From assembly GCF_036321535.1 (NCBI RefSeq), contig NC_087471.1, positions 4,898,001 to 4,962,000 of the forward strand: a DNA stretch of 64,000 nucleotides, given 5' to 3'. Within the stretch, counting starts at the first letter, position 1, and each line of letters starts with the position of its first letter. Both the position numbers and the translations under genes were made by a program. The notes beneath the pieces were generated by a model that had not been told where the DNA came from, made no database searches, and saw only the letters and a list, made by a program, of their open reading frames with translations. Positions 12,645 to 24,737 of this stretch are shown here, in pieces. This DNA comes from Camelus dromedarius (lineage: Eukaryota).

Positions 12645-13752
12645 TATATTTTTTTTAATATATTTTACTTTTTGGATCAGTTTTAAGTTTACAGAAAAAT
12701 TGAGTGGAAAATACAGAGTTCCCATATACCTCCTTATCCTCACATACAGTTTCCGCTGTTACTAACATCTTTCATTACTGTGGCATGTTATAATTGATGA
12801 GCCAGTATTGATACAGTATTGTTAACTAAAGTATACTCTGTGTTGTACGTTCTGTGGGTTTGGACAAATGTATGATGGCATGTATCCATTATGACACTAG
12901 CATACAGAGTAGTTTCACTGCCGTAAACATCCTCTGGACTCTGCCTGTTCTTCATCCCTTGCTCCCCTCCCCAAACTTGGCAGCCACTGTTCTTTTTACT
13001 GTCTGTAGTTTGCCTTTTCCAGAATAGTCAGAATCGATACAGTGTGTAGCCTTCTCAGATTGGCTTCTTTCACTTAGTAATATGCATTTAAGTTTCCTCC
13101 ATGTCTTTTTGAAGCTTGATAGCTTATTTCTTTTAAGCAATGAAGAATACCCCATTTTCTGGATGTACACTGTTTTTCCCTGCACCTATTGAAGGACATC
13201 TTGGTTGCTTCCATGTGTTGGCAATTCTGAATAAACTTGCTGTGAACACTCATGAGCAGGTTTTTGTGTAGACGTAAGTTTTCAGCCCATTTGGGTAAAT
13301 AACCAAACAGCGCAAGTGCTGGATGGTATGGTAAGAGTATGTTTAGTTTCATAAGAAACTGCCAAACTGTCATCCGAAGTGGCTGTACCATTTTGCATTC
13401 CCATCAGCAACCAGTGAGGGTTCCTGNNNNNNNNNNNNNNNNNNNNNNNNNNNNNNNNNNNNNNNNNNNNNNNNNNNNNNNNNNNNNNNNNNNNNNNNNN
13501 NNNNNNNNNNNNNNNNNNNNNNNNNNNNNNNNNNNNNNNNNNNNNNNNNNNNNNNNNNNNNNNNNNNNNNNNNNNNNNNNNNNNNNNNNNNNNNNNNNNN
13601 NNNNNNNNNNNNNNNNNNNNNNNNNTTTTAATTAGGTTTTTTACTGTAGGGTTTTGGGAGTTCTTTGTATATTTTGGGTACCAGTATTTTCTCAGATACA
13701 TGTTTTGCAAAGATTTTCTCCCAGTCTGTGGCTGGTCTTTTCATTCTCTTAA
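12645..13752 (-). mobile_element. L1 (L1MB/MC-type) 3' end
   Basis: ttttaagtttacagaaaaattgagtggaaaatacagagttcccatatacc...ttttgcattcccatcagcaac. Confidence 0.85.
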
Positions 13753-15360
13753 GCAAACTAGATTCTGTTTGTGACTGCAGTTCCTATCAGCCATGGAAAT
13801 GATAATGACTGGTAACATAAAAAGAGAAGGGGAAACCCTAAGATTCCTGAAGTTCCTTGAATACTCACCAGGCCAGTTGCATTTATTTGGCTAGCCTATT
13901 AATAAAACAAGTGTATATTGTGAACCTGAAATTCTTTTTATTTAGTCATGGCAGTACATAGTAATGAAGCTTGCTGACCGGTGGCCTCGGGTAGTTGGCA
14001 GCTGTATGATCACTTTCTTTGCTCTGTATGTATTTAATGGCACTTTTAATATCCTGTTGTGATTGTACATAAATACCCCCAATACTCTAAAGTTTGGATC
14101 TTATACCAAATTGATATGAATAACAAAATTAAATTAATAAATGCACGCTGGCCTAGCAGTATCTGTCTATAGTATAACTTAAATAATAAAGCAAATAGCT
14201 CTTGGAAACCAGGACTAAATGAAGTGGAAGGCGATACCGCTCTCACATTTTGACTTAATACTTAACCTGTAGGCTGTCACTTTCTGACCTTTAGAAATCA
14301 CTTGTTTGACCATATTTGCTATGTGGTTAAAAAAAAATTATTGAATTTGTAAGAAAAAAATATGATCCCAGTGGATGGTACCATTCCAATTTAGATTATT
14401 AGAGATGTGGTTTAACACTCTTAACGAGAGTATTGAGCTATTATAGGATTTTTCCCCCTGCATAAACCTACTTTAAAAATGAGGTTTTAAGGAAATGATA
14501 ATATAGCAGAGAAGTTTATTTATGGTTGTGATTGTTTCAAACTGCAAATTTGGGTTCCCAGATAACTGGGTGTCAGCTTCCTTTCTTAAGGTGATCTGCT
14601 TGGCCGTCATAATCTGCTCTCTTACTCAGCCATTTTCATAGCAGAGTACATTGTTTTGGTCTTTTAGTGCTGTCAGCATGGCAGAATCAAGTTCCATAAA
14701 AGGCATTTGAGAGACAAACAGCGTTTTTTATGAAGGAAGTGAAGGTGGCAGAAACCAAGTGTATTCTTTTCCTTTCTTTCTTAGTGGAACCCCATTTATA
14801 AATCATAGGGTGCAAAATTGTTGCACGTAAAGCCCATAACAGCTTTTAAATGCTGCAAGTGACCATACCATGCAGAATTCATTTCAAAGCTGTCTTTTAT
14901 GTTGCACAACTGCCTTTCTCCTTCGGATGTTAGTTTAAAATGATTACACAGCTCTATAGAAAAACTTCCCAAAGTTTAATGGAGAGTGGTTTCTTTGTCA
15001 GCTGAGGGCTTTTCTGTGAACTAAACTGCAACATGGATTTAGGTGAAATCTTCTTAACATAAGAATACTGTCCTTGGGGGCAGCAGGGCTCTTGGTAATG
15101 GCTTCCTCAGCGTGACTTGTCCCTTGCGCCACTTGGCTTGAATAAGGCCTCGTTGCTCTCCGTGGCTAGTGCACAGGTGATCCCAGGATCTCCCTTCACC
15201 ATCCTCCTCGGATTCCCTTGGCATCACTCTCCTGGGTTGGACTTCCCATTTCCCAGGCTCCATGCTTACCTCTCTGTGGGATTACTCTCGTCGGTGTGAG
15301 GCACGTTCTTTCACAGTCGCGTGGATGATACGTTCTTGTGGCCTTGTGTGCCTGAAGTCG

Positions 15361-15429
15361 CGCGTGGTTACTTGTTCACCTGGATGTAGCGCTCACGCGT
15401 GGTTACTTGTTCACCTGGTTGTAGCGCTC
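15361..15429. repeat. 35-bp tandem duplication (2 copies, 1 mismatch)
   Basis: cgcgtggttacttgttcacctgg(a/t)tgtagcgctc at 15361-15394 and 15396-15429. Confidence 0.95.
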
Positions 15430-16154
15430 TCTATTGATCATCCCCCTTCAGGATCTTGCAGGCGTTCTCTTTGCTTGTTGCTGCTGTTGCTTTCGTGATG
15501 CCCAGAGCTGCCTGATTCCCGATCGTTCGTGTGTCATGTGGCTTGGGTTTTATTTTTGTTTTCGTTCCCAAATCCCGCCATTTCCCCACCTGCCCTGCAG
15601 CGGGTAGAATCTTCTCTTTGTCCTCGGGCTTCTCGGTTTCACAGCGATGTGCTTGGGTGTGGCTTGATTTTCACGCATTATGCAGGCTCGCTCTGGTGGA
15701 CCCTTCCTTCTGGCAGCTGATATCCTTCAGCTCCAGGAAGTTTTCTTCAGTTATTTTGTTGATAGCTTCCTCTCCTTCCCTAGTCTCAGTTCTCTCTCTC
15801 ATGAGCTCCTGTTCATTAGACGTTGGACCTCCAGAACCGGGCCTCTGATTTTGTCCTTGCTCTCTTATTTTCCATCTCAGTCCTTTCGCTCTACTTTCTG
15901 AGAGACTTTAACTGTATTTTCCAACCCTCTGATAGAATATTTCACCTCTGCTGTCATACATTTAATTTCTGAGATCTCTGTTTTATGTTCGTTGAATGTT
16001 TGTTTGTCAGAGCATCATGTTCCTTATTCCACAGTTGCAGTATGTTTTCTTACCTCTTTGGTAAGCTTAATAATATTTTTTCTCCCCCGACCCCATCTCT
16101 TTTCTTTTTTTTTCAAGTTTCCTTCTCCCTATACAATTTGTTTTTTGCAGGTTG

Positions 16155-16302
16155 GTTTTTGTTTGTTTGTGTGTTTTATTGGGGATGGGTAATTCAGTTT
16201 ATTTATTATTTTTATTATTTTTTTAGTAGCGGTACCGGGGATTGAACCCAGGACCTTGTTCGTGCTGAACATTGCACTCTACCACTGAGCTATACCCTCC
16301 CC
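16155..16302 (-). mobile_element. Vic-1-type SINE
   Basis: gtaccggggattgaacccaggacc...ctctaccactgagctataccctcccc with T-rich tail. Confidence 0.85.
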
Positions 16303-16324
16303 ACTGTGTGTTTGTTTTTATTGC

Positions 16325-16698
16325 TATTAAAAGATAAACTGAGGCAGATTAAACATTTTAAGAGTTTATCTGAGCAAAAATTGGTTCCAATCAGGCAGCA
16401 TCCAATCTAGCATATAGAAAGGAGCTCCAAGGAGCCATACAAAGTGAAGGACTTCAGGTGGGAAGGGAGCGGGAACAAGGAAGTCATACTAAGCGAAAAA
16501 GCAAGTTAGTTATTGCAGTCACTTCCCTTTAGGGGATGCAGGGGTCTGTCAGGCAGATTACTTAACTAGTGCTGATCAGACAATTCCTGACTGACTGGTT
16601 TAAGATTCCATTTCTGGGAGAGCCGAAACTATAATTAAGTCTCAGTTTTTTGACCGACCATAAACAACCCCATTTTAGGTTTGTTTTGTTTTTTAACA
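16325..16698. mobile_element. ERV1-type solo LTR (MER41/MER4-group-like)
   Basis: taaaagataaactgaggcagattaaacattttaagagtttatctgagcaaa, ending ...ttttaaca. Confidence 0.6.
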
Positions 16699-17789
16699 GT
16701 ATCTTCCACATTGAACGCTTCCTTCAGATTTCTGGCAATACTTGATTTCCTTATAACCAAGATCAAGAGACGACGAAGCTGGTTGGAAGCTCTCAGTGCG
16801 GGAGTGAGGCTCGTCTACTGGAGGCTTCATAATAGGTTAGCCCAGCTGTGGCCTTTGTTGAGTGGCCCCTTGTCAGCGTAGCTTTAGGTGTTTACTTTGT
16901 GGCTGATGAGATCCTCGAGGGAAGGTCCTCCAAACTCCTGCCTGGGGAGTACAGTCCGGATGCTGGCATTTCTAGGTGGACAGACCCAGCACGGGGAGGC
17001 TCAGCAGCATTTTATGTGCACGTGGCCGCTTAATCAGTCAGCCTGTTAGCTGTCTGGTGCCCGTGTCCTCAGATGTTCTTTGAACTGGCTTGGTGTCTCC
17101 CAGTCCAGAGAAAGGGGCAGTCATTCAGAGTAAGGGAAGGTGTTTGGGAATCTAACTTCTCAAAAATACTCGTACCCCATTCTTCCTTGCTTTGTTCACC
17201 CCGCTTCAGCTTCACACCTGAGCATGCTGAGTGGAACTCAGCTTGGTTTTCAGGTTTTCTCACTGCTGGCAAGGGGTTTGGCTTTCTTGAGTCAGTTAAA
17301 TCAGTTACCACTGATTTTCCTGTATTCCAAAATTTTGCTGCTATTGTCCACTCTCCTCCTGTCATGGTCCTTGTGGGATTATGATTTTTTCCAATCCCTT
17401 TAGTGTTGTTTTATTTGGACTTGGAGAGGGAACGAGATTAGATGTGTGGACAGTCTACCGTTTTAACCCAAACTCCTTCAGAAGCTTTTTAAGAGTTAAA
17501 CATCCATTTATGCAAGACATTTTAATGAAACTCCTACTGTGTGTCAGACACTGAGGCCTGATCTTGTCCTTTCCATATAGTGTTTCCATTCCTGATCATT
17601 TACTAAAGTCACAGTACATAAATAATTAATATAAATGGCAATTCAGACATTTGAGTCAGTTGTGCAGGAATTTAAGTGGTACAGTTATGAAAGTTGATAA
17701 ATAACTCACTTTTGAACAGACGCCTGTAACAATGGCAATGTAGTTCTGTTTTTGTGGGGAAATATGTACTGGATACCACCCAGTGGTGC

Positions 17790-18368
17790 TGGCTAATCCT
17801 CATTATTTATGGTAGTTATTCTCTGTAAATTCTCCTAGAACACTGATTTAGCGAATCCTGAACCGTTTCTCCTACAGGGTACATAGAGTTAGGTTCCTGC
17901 CAACGTCTGGTCACATGTCATCAATCAGTCAGCCTATAACCTTGTTTTATTTGTATTTCTGTTTAAAGACACCTATTTTAATACACGCGAATGAAGCTTA
18001 TCTAACGTGTATTTTCACACAGCCTTCCTGATCTTAGAAACACCAGATAGCACTTCAGCACTATGCTTGGGTCCATTTTAAACAGCAAAATCAGCACCTC
18101 AAAAAATGTAGAACTGCAAAAAAAATGGCATTGAATAACCAACGAAAAGGACACTTATATTTGTTTACGTTGTGAGAGCTGAAACAAGAAAAGAAAGCCT
18201 TGTTCAGCCTCAGCTTGGAACACGTGTGTCAGGCCACTCAAAACTTTCACTGTTCTGTGCATATCCACAAATGACCAAAAAATTGCTGTGAATTTCGATT
18301 TGGGGGTTTACAAATAAATTTTAGCAAATAAGTAAAATTGCAAATATGGGACTCATGAACAAGAATTG
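17790..18368. mobile_element. TcMar-Tigger MITE (MER82-like)
   Basis: Related termini ggctaatcctcattatttatgg... and ...gggggttacaaataaattttagcaaataag...catgaacaagaattg|ta. Confidence 0.6.
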
Positions 18369-18934
18369 TACATCCTGTCCCCAAACCCCCTAGCCCAGCA
18401 GGGGAAGGCATTAATAACCCTTTTAGAAAAGACAGTGCAGATTTTATATGCATTTATGCATGTGCTTAAGAAGCTGTTGTTCTCCAATGTTTAGTAGCCA
18501 ACGCAATCTGCAATAGCTGGTAACAAACTTAGTGACTGCCAGTTTACATGTGTTCCCTCACTGACTTTTCCAGCCTTGTGAAATAGGTATTTCTGTTGAA
18601 AAGAAATGAAAAGCTAGTTTGAAAGATTTGAGTTACCTTACTCACACTTCCAAATAGGGAAGTGAGGATGTGCCTGACACCTGAGGTCTTAACTGTTACA
18701 CGGTGCTGAACCTCCGCTCCGAAAGGATTCTTGTTCCTGCTGTGAAGTCGCCGAAGTCACTGAGTTAGAGGGATGTATTAACCTGATTTATTTTTTGTTT
18801 AATTCTCTTTTTAAAAATTTGTCCTGTTTTCATGATCTTTTTAATTTTAATATTTGCTTTCTTTTAAATCTTACTCACTTATGTAATTAAAAGCGCAGAA
18901 TTTTAAAGCTGGAAGTATTTTTGTTAAATAATAT

Positions 18935-19035
18935 GATAAAATCCACTTATTTCACACTTGAGAAAACTGAAGCTCCAGGAAATAAATTTGCCCAGAGTCA
19001 CAGAGCTACTAAGACCAGTATCCAAGTTGCTTAAC
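18935..19035 (-). mobile_element. MIR fragment
   Basis: gagaaaactgaagctccagg...ttgcccagagtcacagagcta. Confidence 0.55.
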
Positions 19036-22000
19036 TCTCAACCTGATTCTTTTCTCTGCCTGAGTTTTATGTAGCCCCCTTGTACTCAAAAGATTATTTT
19101 AACCAAATTAGCAAAGAGTTAGTACCCAAAGTTAAATCAGAATCTATTATAATACTGTATGCTCACTACTTTTGAACTTTGACATCTTGGAGTGAACCAC
19201 TGATATGAGACAAAATTGCATGACAGCAGGTGAGAAAACAGCCTTCTACAGGGGCCAGGCACTTGCCCCTGGGAGGCACTGGCTCTTCCTGGCATTTGAT
19301 TAGCAACACTTGAAAATGCAGGTCCAGTGTAATCAGATCTTCTAATTTTTCATGGGAAGCTGGAAAACCAGATATTATGAATTACTGGCAACTACATCAA
19401 ACTTAAATCCACACTGTAAGACAAAAAGCAAAAATGTCCGCAGGCCAGTTTGAGACTGCCAGTTTGACACGTGTGCTCAGAACATTCAGCTTCCACTGGA
19501 GCCTTCATTCCTTGGCACAGTTAGGGACTAGGAAATGGAACCAAAACCAGTTTCTAGTGATGTGTTAAGTGAAAACGCAAGAGTTAAATTTGCAAGTCAG
19601 TAAGCTCGGCACAGTGAATCTGGCTGCTGACTTCATGAAGTAATTTGTTTATGTGTGCTTTGGCTGCTTATTACCCACGATGCAAACATCATATGTGTTT
19701 ATTACAAGTTAGAATTGATTCATATTTTGAAGTTAAGTGTAGAATTTTGCAGTCTCATACGTTAGCAGACTTGCTGTCCTTATCTAATGCATGCAAGACT
19801 CCAGCGCGGCGTTATCACCTGCTGGAAGTACATATTTTATCTTGTTTGACGGCAGTAGACATTACACAGCATCTGCAGCCAAAAAGCTTTACTCACCCTC
19901 TGAGCACTCTGAGAAATAGAATGTCCTCACACGCATCCAAAAATCTTACCTTATTGATGCCCTGAGCAAACAATGGGAGTTACGGTTCTAAAAGCAGGAA
20001 CTGGTGTAAAAACTAAAGCATTCTGAATCTAACTTGTCATTGTCGGTTATTGATGAACTTCTTTTCCATTAGTCAGGAAGAAATAGATCAGAATTCTCAT
20101 CTGTTTCCTGAAGAATTTAGGAGAACTGTGTCATTCATCCATCTTTGTTTAAAGCTACCCGTTGAAGTACAACATATGTCTAGAAAAATACACAAATTAT
20201 ATTTACAACTCAGTGGATTTTCTCAAAATGAACGTGCCTCTGTAATCATCACCCGGATTTAGAAATGAAACATTTATCCTTACTACTGTTGATGGACATT
20301 TGTTCTTTCCATTTGGGAACTGTATTTAGTGCTGTCATGAACATCCTTGTACAAGTGTTTTGGTGAACTTAGCTCGTATCTCTGTTGGGTATATACATAG
20401 AAATGGAGTAGCTGGGTCATAGGTACCCATGTTTGAACCCAGCAGGCCAGGTTCTCATTGTGTTGAATTTACATTTCCTGATTATTGAGATTGAGCATCT
20501 TTCACTTGCTTATTGGCCCTTTTAGATATTCTCTTATACTTTTTAAAAATAAAGTTTGCATATATAAACATTCTCATTCAGAGAACTAGCTAGTTTTCCC
20601 CCCACTGACTCCACTGCAGTTGTTAACATCTTGGAGATCTTTTGATATATGCATAAAACCAAAATGGCTTTGGTCCACAAGAATACCTTCTACATACATC
20701 ACTTTATAAACAAGGGGAAGCCTTGCGTGTAACGTTCTTTTCAGGCCATTTAAACTATCAATATTCATTATTGGTAGGAAAGAACAAAATAAAAGTAGTA
20801 ATAAACACAGACATACTTTCTGAAACTTCTGCCTTTGGAGTAGCCTTTTGCCTTTTTGGTTTTATGAATTTGTTTTATGAATTCTGATTGGAAACAGGAT
20901 CGACTATTAATTAGTAATATGTTACTAATTACAAGAGATAATTTAGCCCTACTTATCCGTCTTTAAAATCTTTCATTTTCTGGCAGATTCAGTATGCTTT
21001 TCTAATTTACTCAACACACTGTTTTCCTAGTACACAGAAAAATTCCAACTAAGGAAGATCTAAATTAATGGAGTTTATGAACAGATGGAAAGTAAGTTGG
21101 TTTTTCAGCAATTCTTTTTATGTTTCAGGCATCCAAATCATGAAAATTCAGCTACCAAATTGGTAATTCTAACTGTGTATTCCTCATGAGAACTTCTCTG
21201 GACTGAGCCTGTATTGTATACTTCATAATAAGGTGGTGCTTCTGATCATTTCAGGTGGTTTCAGTGGCCGTCGGACCAAGGATTTACTGTATAGAGAACC
21301 TGCAGATCAGACTAGTTATCCAAGGGTTGTGCTGATTCACTGCTAAGCATTACTGGGCATGTCATCAAATTCTTCCTAAAAGCGAGTGTCCTGATGTCTG
21401 ATTAGAAATCTCCAAGTGGATTTTTTTTTTTTTAAGCAGTGAGGCTAATTTAAAAGTATATATAGGGTTAGGCTTTTTTTAAAAAGCAATTATGTTACAA
21501 ATTAAAATAAATTCTAAGGTATTCTGTTTTGTGGAGCAGTATAACATCTAATGTATGAACAAGATCTTCATTTTCCTTTAATATACAGGCAACTCTTCGG
21601 CTAAATCATTAAGTTCTCAGGTCTGTAGTCTCAACTGATTACACTTTATATTGCAGTGAGAATAATTGAGCTGCATTTTCTCTATCCAGGCTTAAAAGAC
21701 TGTATAAAGTAATGTTGCTAAATATTAAAAAAGATACATCCTTTTAATACCTTCATTGTAACTACTGTTGGTGGTCGGTGTGGTCAAAGTTTGGGGGTTT
21801 GATGGTCTTGAGTTTCTTGTACTAAAGCAGAACTTGGCTAGTTGAAGATCGCCTTCCAGTTTTGTGAAGTATTTCACCCAAACGTGCTTTTGTGTTCCAG
21901 TGGGACCAGGTGGAAGCTTCTCTGTGGGTTGTAGATTTGGCAATCTCAGGAATAGAAAACAGGCATTCTTCTCTGGAGGCTCCTCTGTGGCTGAACCGGC

Positions 22001-23839
22001 CTCACGTAATAGATACCCTTAATAAGAACTGGTTGAGTGGTAGACGGGACGGTGCCTGGGGGAAGTGCTGCTGAATGTGGAATAACTAGTTTTAATAGCT
22101 AATCAAGTAATCGTAGGATGAATTGTATTTTTCTGGGTCCCCCAAAAAAGGTGATTCAAAGTAATCTATTAGATTTGCTTTCAAAACATTAGCATCCAAG
22201 AGCACATAAATGTAAATATTTCATCCCCTCTCCTTATGGGTAGTATGGGCACCCCAAATAAAATGACTGTTTTAACCCTGTGGTTTTTAGCTGTTTCCAC
22301 TAATCTTTTGGGAAAACAAAATTGTTTCCCATTTGTTCTTCTAGAAACAAAGAAATAGAGCTACAGTTCTTCAGACTGTGTAAATGGTCAAATTACTTTT
22401 TTGTTTTTTAAGCTGTCTTGTTTCCTGAGCTAAGAACTCATTACCAGACTTACCCTGCAGTGTTGTTTTTGTCTGCGAAATTAAAGCAAATCAAAACAAA
22501 ACAACAACCAACAAAGCCCGCCGTAACCTGCATGTCGGTCTGTAGCAGTCAGGAGCTACCCCGACAGATGTTTAGTCAGCGTCATGTGAACAGCGTTGTT
22601 GTAATAAACGTAAACAAGCGTTGCACTGGGGCAGCTGCTGGAACTGATCAGACTTTAAGGAGAGCCATTACACCTTCGGTAGCATGACTGTTCAGGGAGT
22701 GTCTGTTCAGGATATTGGAGAACTCATAGCGTGTGGTAGCCGTGGGCGTTATGAGGCTGCTCCCCGATACCTCATGCTGGATTTTACAGCTGTCTTTCAG
22801 TTTTAGTTAGGGTGTCTTCCTATTGGTGTCTCCTATTTTTGACTTAATTTGTTTCCCTTTCAGTTGATCATTTCATAGGAGGGGGAACAAAAGCAGCCTG
22901 CTGGGTTCAGACAGAACCTTGTGAAGGAGACTTAATCCCTTGCTTAGGAGTGTAGGGATTTATAATTAAACTGATTCGTTGTCCGTAGGGTGTTAGGCCA
23001 GTACTGGCAGGCGTGACACTGACTTTCACATGTGTTTTATGGAGTGTGTGTAATTAATTAGCCTTGTCTTCTATTCCTTGTGTTTTTAAGCTATGTGAAA
23101 AAATCAGATACTGCTTATAGCACTTCGGTTACTTCACATCTGGCTTTGCAGGCAGCTTTCTCTGCTTTTGAACTGAAGAAGGTATTAAGCAGGACCCCAG
23201 GAAGTCAGAGGGGAACAGATTAAACAGGAGCCTAGTCGGAGCCCCAGGGTGTTTTGAAAGGCGGTTTGTGTGTGTTGTTTTGGGGTGGAGGCGGTGGTTT
23301 TTCTTCTTGGAGGGCCCTCTGAAGTGAGACTGGTCGTCCTAGAGTGTCGGTATTTGTCTGTCTTATTTCCTTTAGGTTAATGTTTGAAATGTATTAATCA
23401 GATTGAGTAAAATAGGTGTCCTGCCCTCAGGGCTTTCCTGCTTAGTGGGAAAGCTGTGATTTATTAAGTCGCAGCATAATGAAATAAAGTGATAATGAAA
23501 AGCCTTGGGCAGACTGGCTGTGTAATATATTTAAGGCGATTTTCACAGGTTGGTTTGTTTAATTATTATTATTTTTGTTCTTGTCAGAAGTGTCGTTTCT
23601 AATAGTAAGAGCCCTCAAACTGTTTAAACCAGATCTTGCTTGCTGTTGTAGAAAATGGGGTCAGAATTTCTTGTCAAAGTCCAAACCATTCCTTTAAAAA
23701 CTAACAGATGTTTGCAGTCCTCCCTCTCCAGCCAGTGAAAGGTGATGGTTACACGAGTTCTTGCTAGTTCCTTTCCTCTTTGCTTTTAAACACCACAAAA
23801 GTGGAAGTGGATTTGCATCCTTTTGTGTTTTTGGCCAAA

Positions 23840-24135
23840 GCACACACCCATCCCCTGCCTGCCTCCCTGGAACTGGTTCAAGATTTGGAGAGAAGGGTTT
23901 GTTTGGGGGCGTTCCCTGTGTCTTATCTCTGTGTGAGCACATGCTAGGGTTGAATTTATTTTGACCCTGCACTTTAAATTTGGAACCGAAGCGAGCGTTT
24001 GAAGTACAACAGAAGAGAGTCTGCTGAACTTCAGGCATGAGGGATCCAGGGAGGAAGGTGCGTACTTGCATCCCAAAGCTTTCTTGTAGAGGTTGGCCGT
24101 CTCTGTGCGTACACGTAATTGTAGGCAGATAACTA
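23840..24135 (+). promoter_or_regulatory. Candidate erythroid-type internal promoter for XPO7 exon 1b
   Basis: CACACCC 23843-23849, GGGGGCGTT near 23905, TTATCT (GATA) 23923-23928, TTTAAA 23973-23978, AGATAA 24127-24132 around the alternative first exon. Confidence 0.55.
24037..24057 (+). CDS. XPO7: XPO7 alternative first coding exon (exon 1b), encodes MRDPGRK
   Basis: tcaggc-ATG AGG GAT CCA GGG AGG AAG|gtgcgt. Purine at Kozak -3, phase-0 GT donor matching phase-0 exon 2. Matches my recollection of an annotated XPO7 isoform starting MRDPGRKSLAQLE. Confidence 0.8.
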
Positions 24136-24590
24136 CCAGGCAGAGAGAATGTTTAAACTTGTATGAAGACCTGTGTGCGGCTAACGTTGTGTGTTTATGT
24201 GCTTAAATTTACAGTGATGACTCTGATATTCATAATTTTGAAATTGATGGCAGAACAAGTAAATTCTGAATTTTTATTTGAAAGCCTTTTGGAAAAGCTT
24301 AGGGTGGATATTTGCAAGGGAAAAAATGTATCATTTGTGATTGATCTTTAAGGGAATGACTGAAAAGCATATAGATATTTTAGGCTTTCTATCACTTTGT
24401 CTTCTAAAGCATCAAGTAAAGATCGCTGTAAATGGTTGTTACTGGATAAAGGTCACCCAGATTCTCCTCCAAGCTGAGAAGCAAGTCTCTCTTCATTGAT
24501 TCCTATTTCTCTTTATTCAGTCATTCTGTGCACAGTGCCTTGTGTATATGATAGGCTAGGCTGATTTCTTTTTTGACTGATCTTTCCCAG

Positions 24591-24737
24591 AGCCTGGCCC
24601 AACTAGAGAACCTGTGCAAGCAGCTGTATGAAACAACGGACACGACCACCCGGCTGCAGGCGGAGAAAGCCTTGGTCGAGTTCACCAACAGCCCCGACTG
24701 CCTGAGCAAGTGCCAGCTGCTCCTCGAGAGGGGAAGT
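24591..24737 (+). CDS. XPO7: Exportin-7 exon 2
   Basis: tctttcccag|...|gtacgt; 147 nt; [49 protein letters not shown]. Confidence 0.97.

Larger units (their letters stand above)
15200..17460 (-). mobile_element. Ancient L1ME-type remnant, interrupted by a SINE and an LTR
   Basis: Pyrimidine-rich antisense ORF1-like text (ttcagctccaggaagttttcttcagttatttt; tttccatctcagtcctttcgctctactttctgagagac). Confidence 0.55.

Noticed and set aside
15720-15728. ATATCCTTC, resembling a U12 donor
   Set aside because: It lies inside an antisense L1 remnant in intron 1, with no upstream exon.
21300-21420. Possible intronic C/D snoRNA (ends ...gatgtctga)
   Set aside because: No proper RUGAUGA box C or terminal stem was found.
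1-24036. Canonical XPO7 exon 1 (MADHVQ) or another protein-coding gene in the first 24 kb
   Set aside because: No matching sequence or CpG island was seen. The short ORFs are repeat-derived or random, so the region is best read as intron 1.
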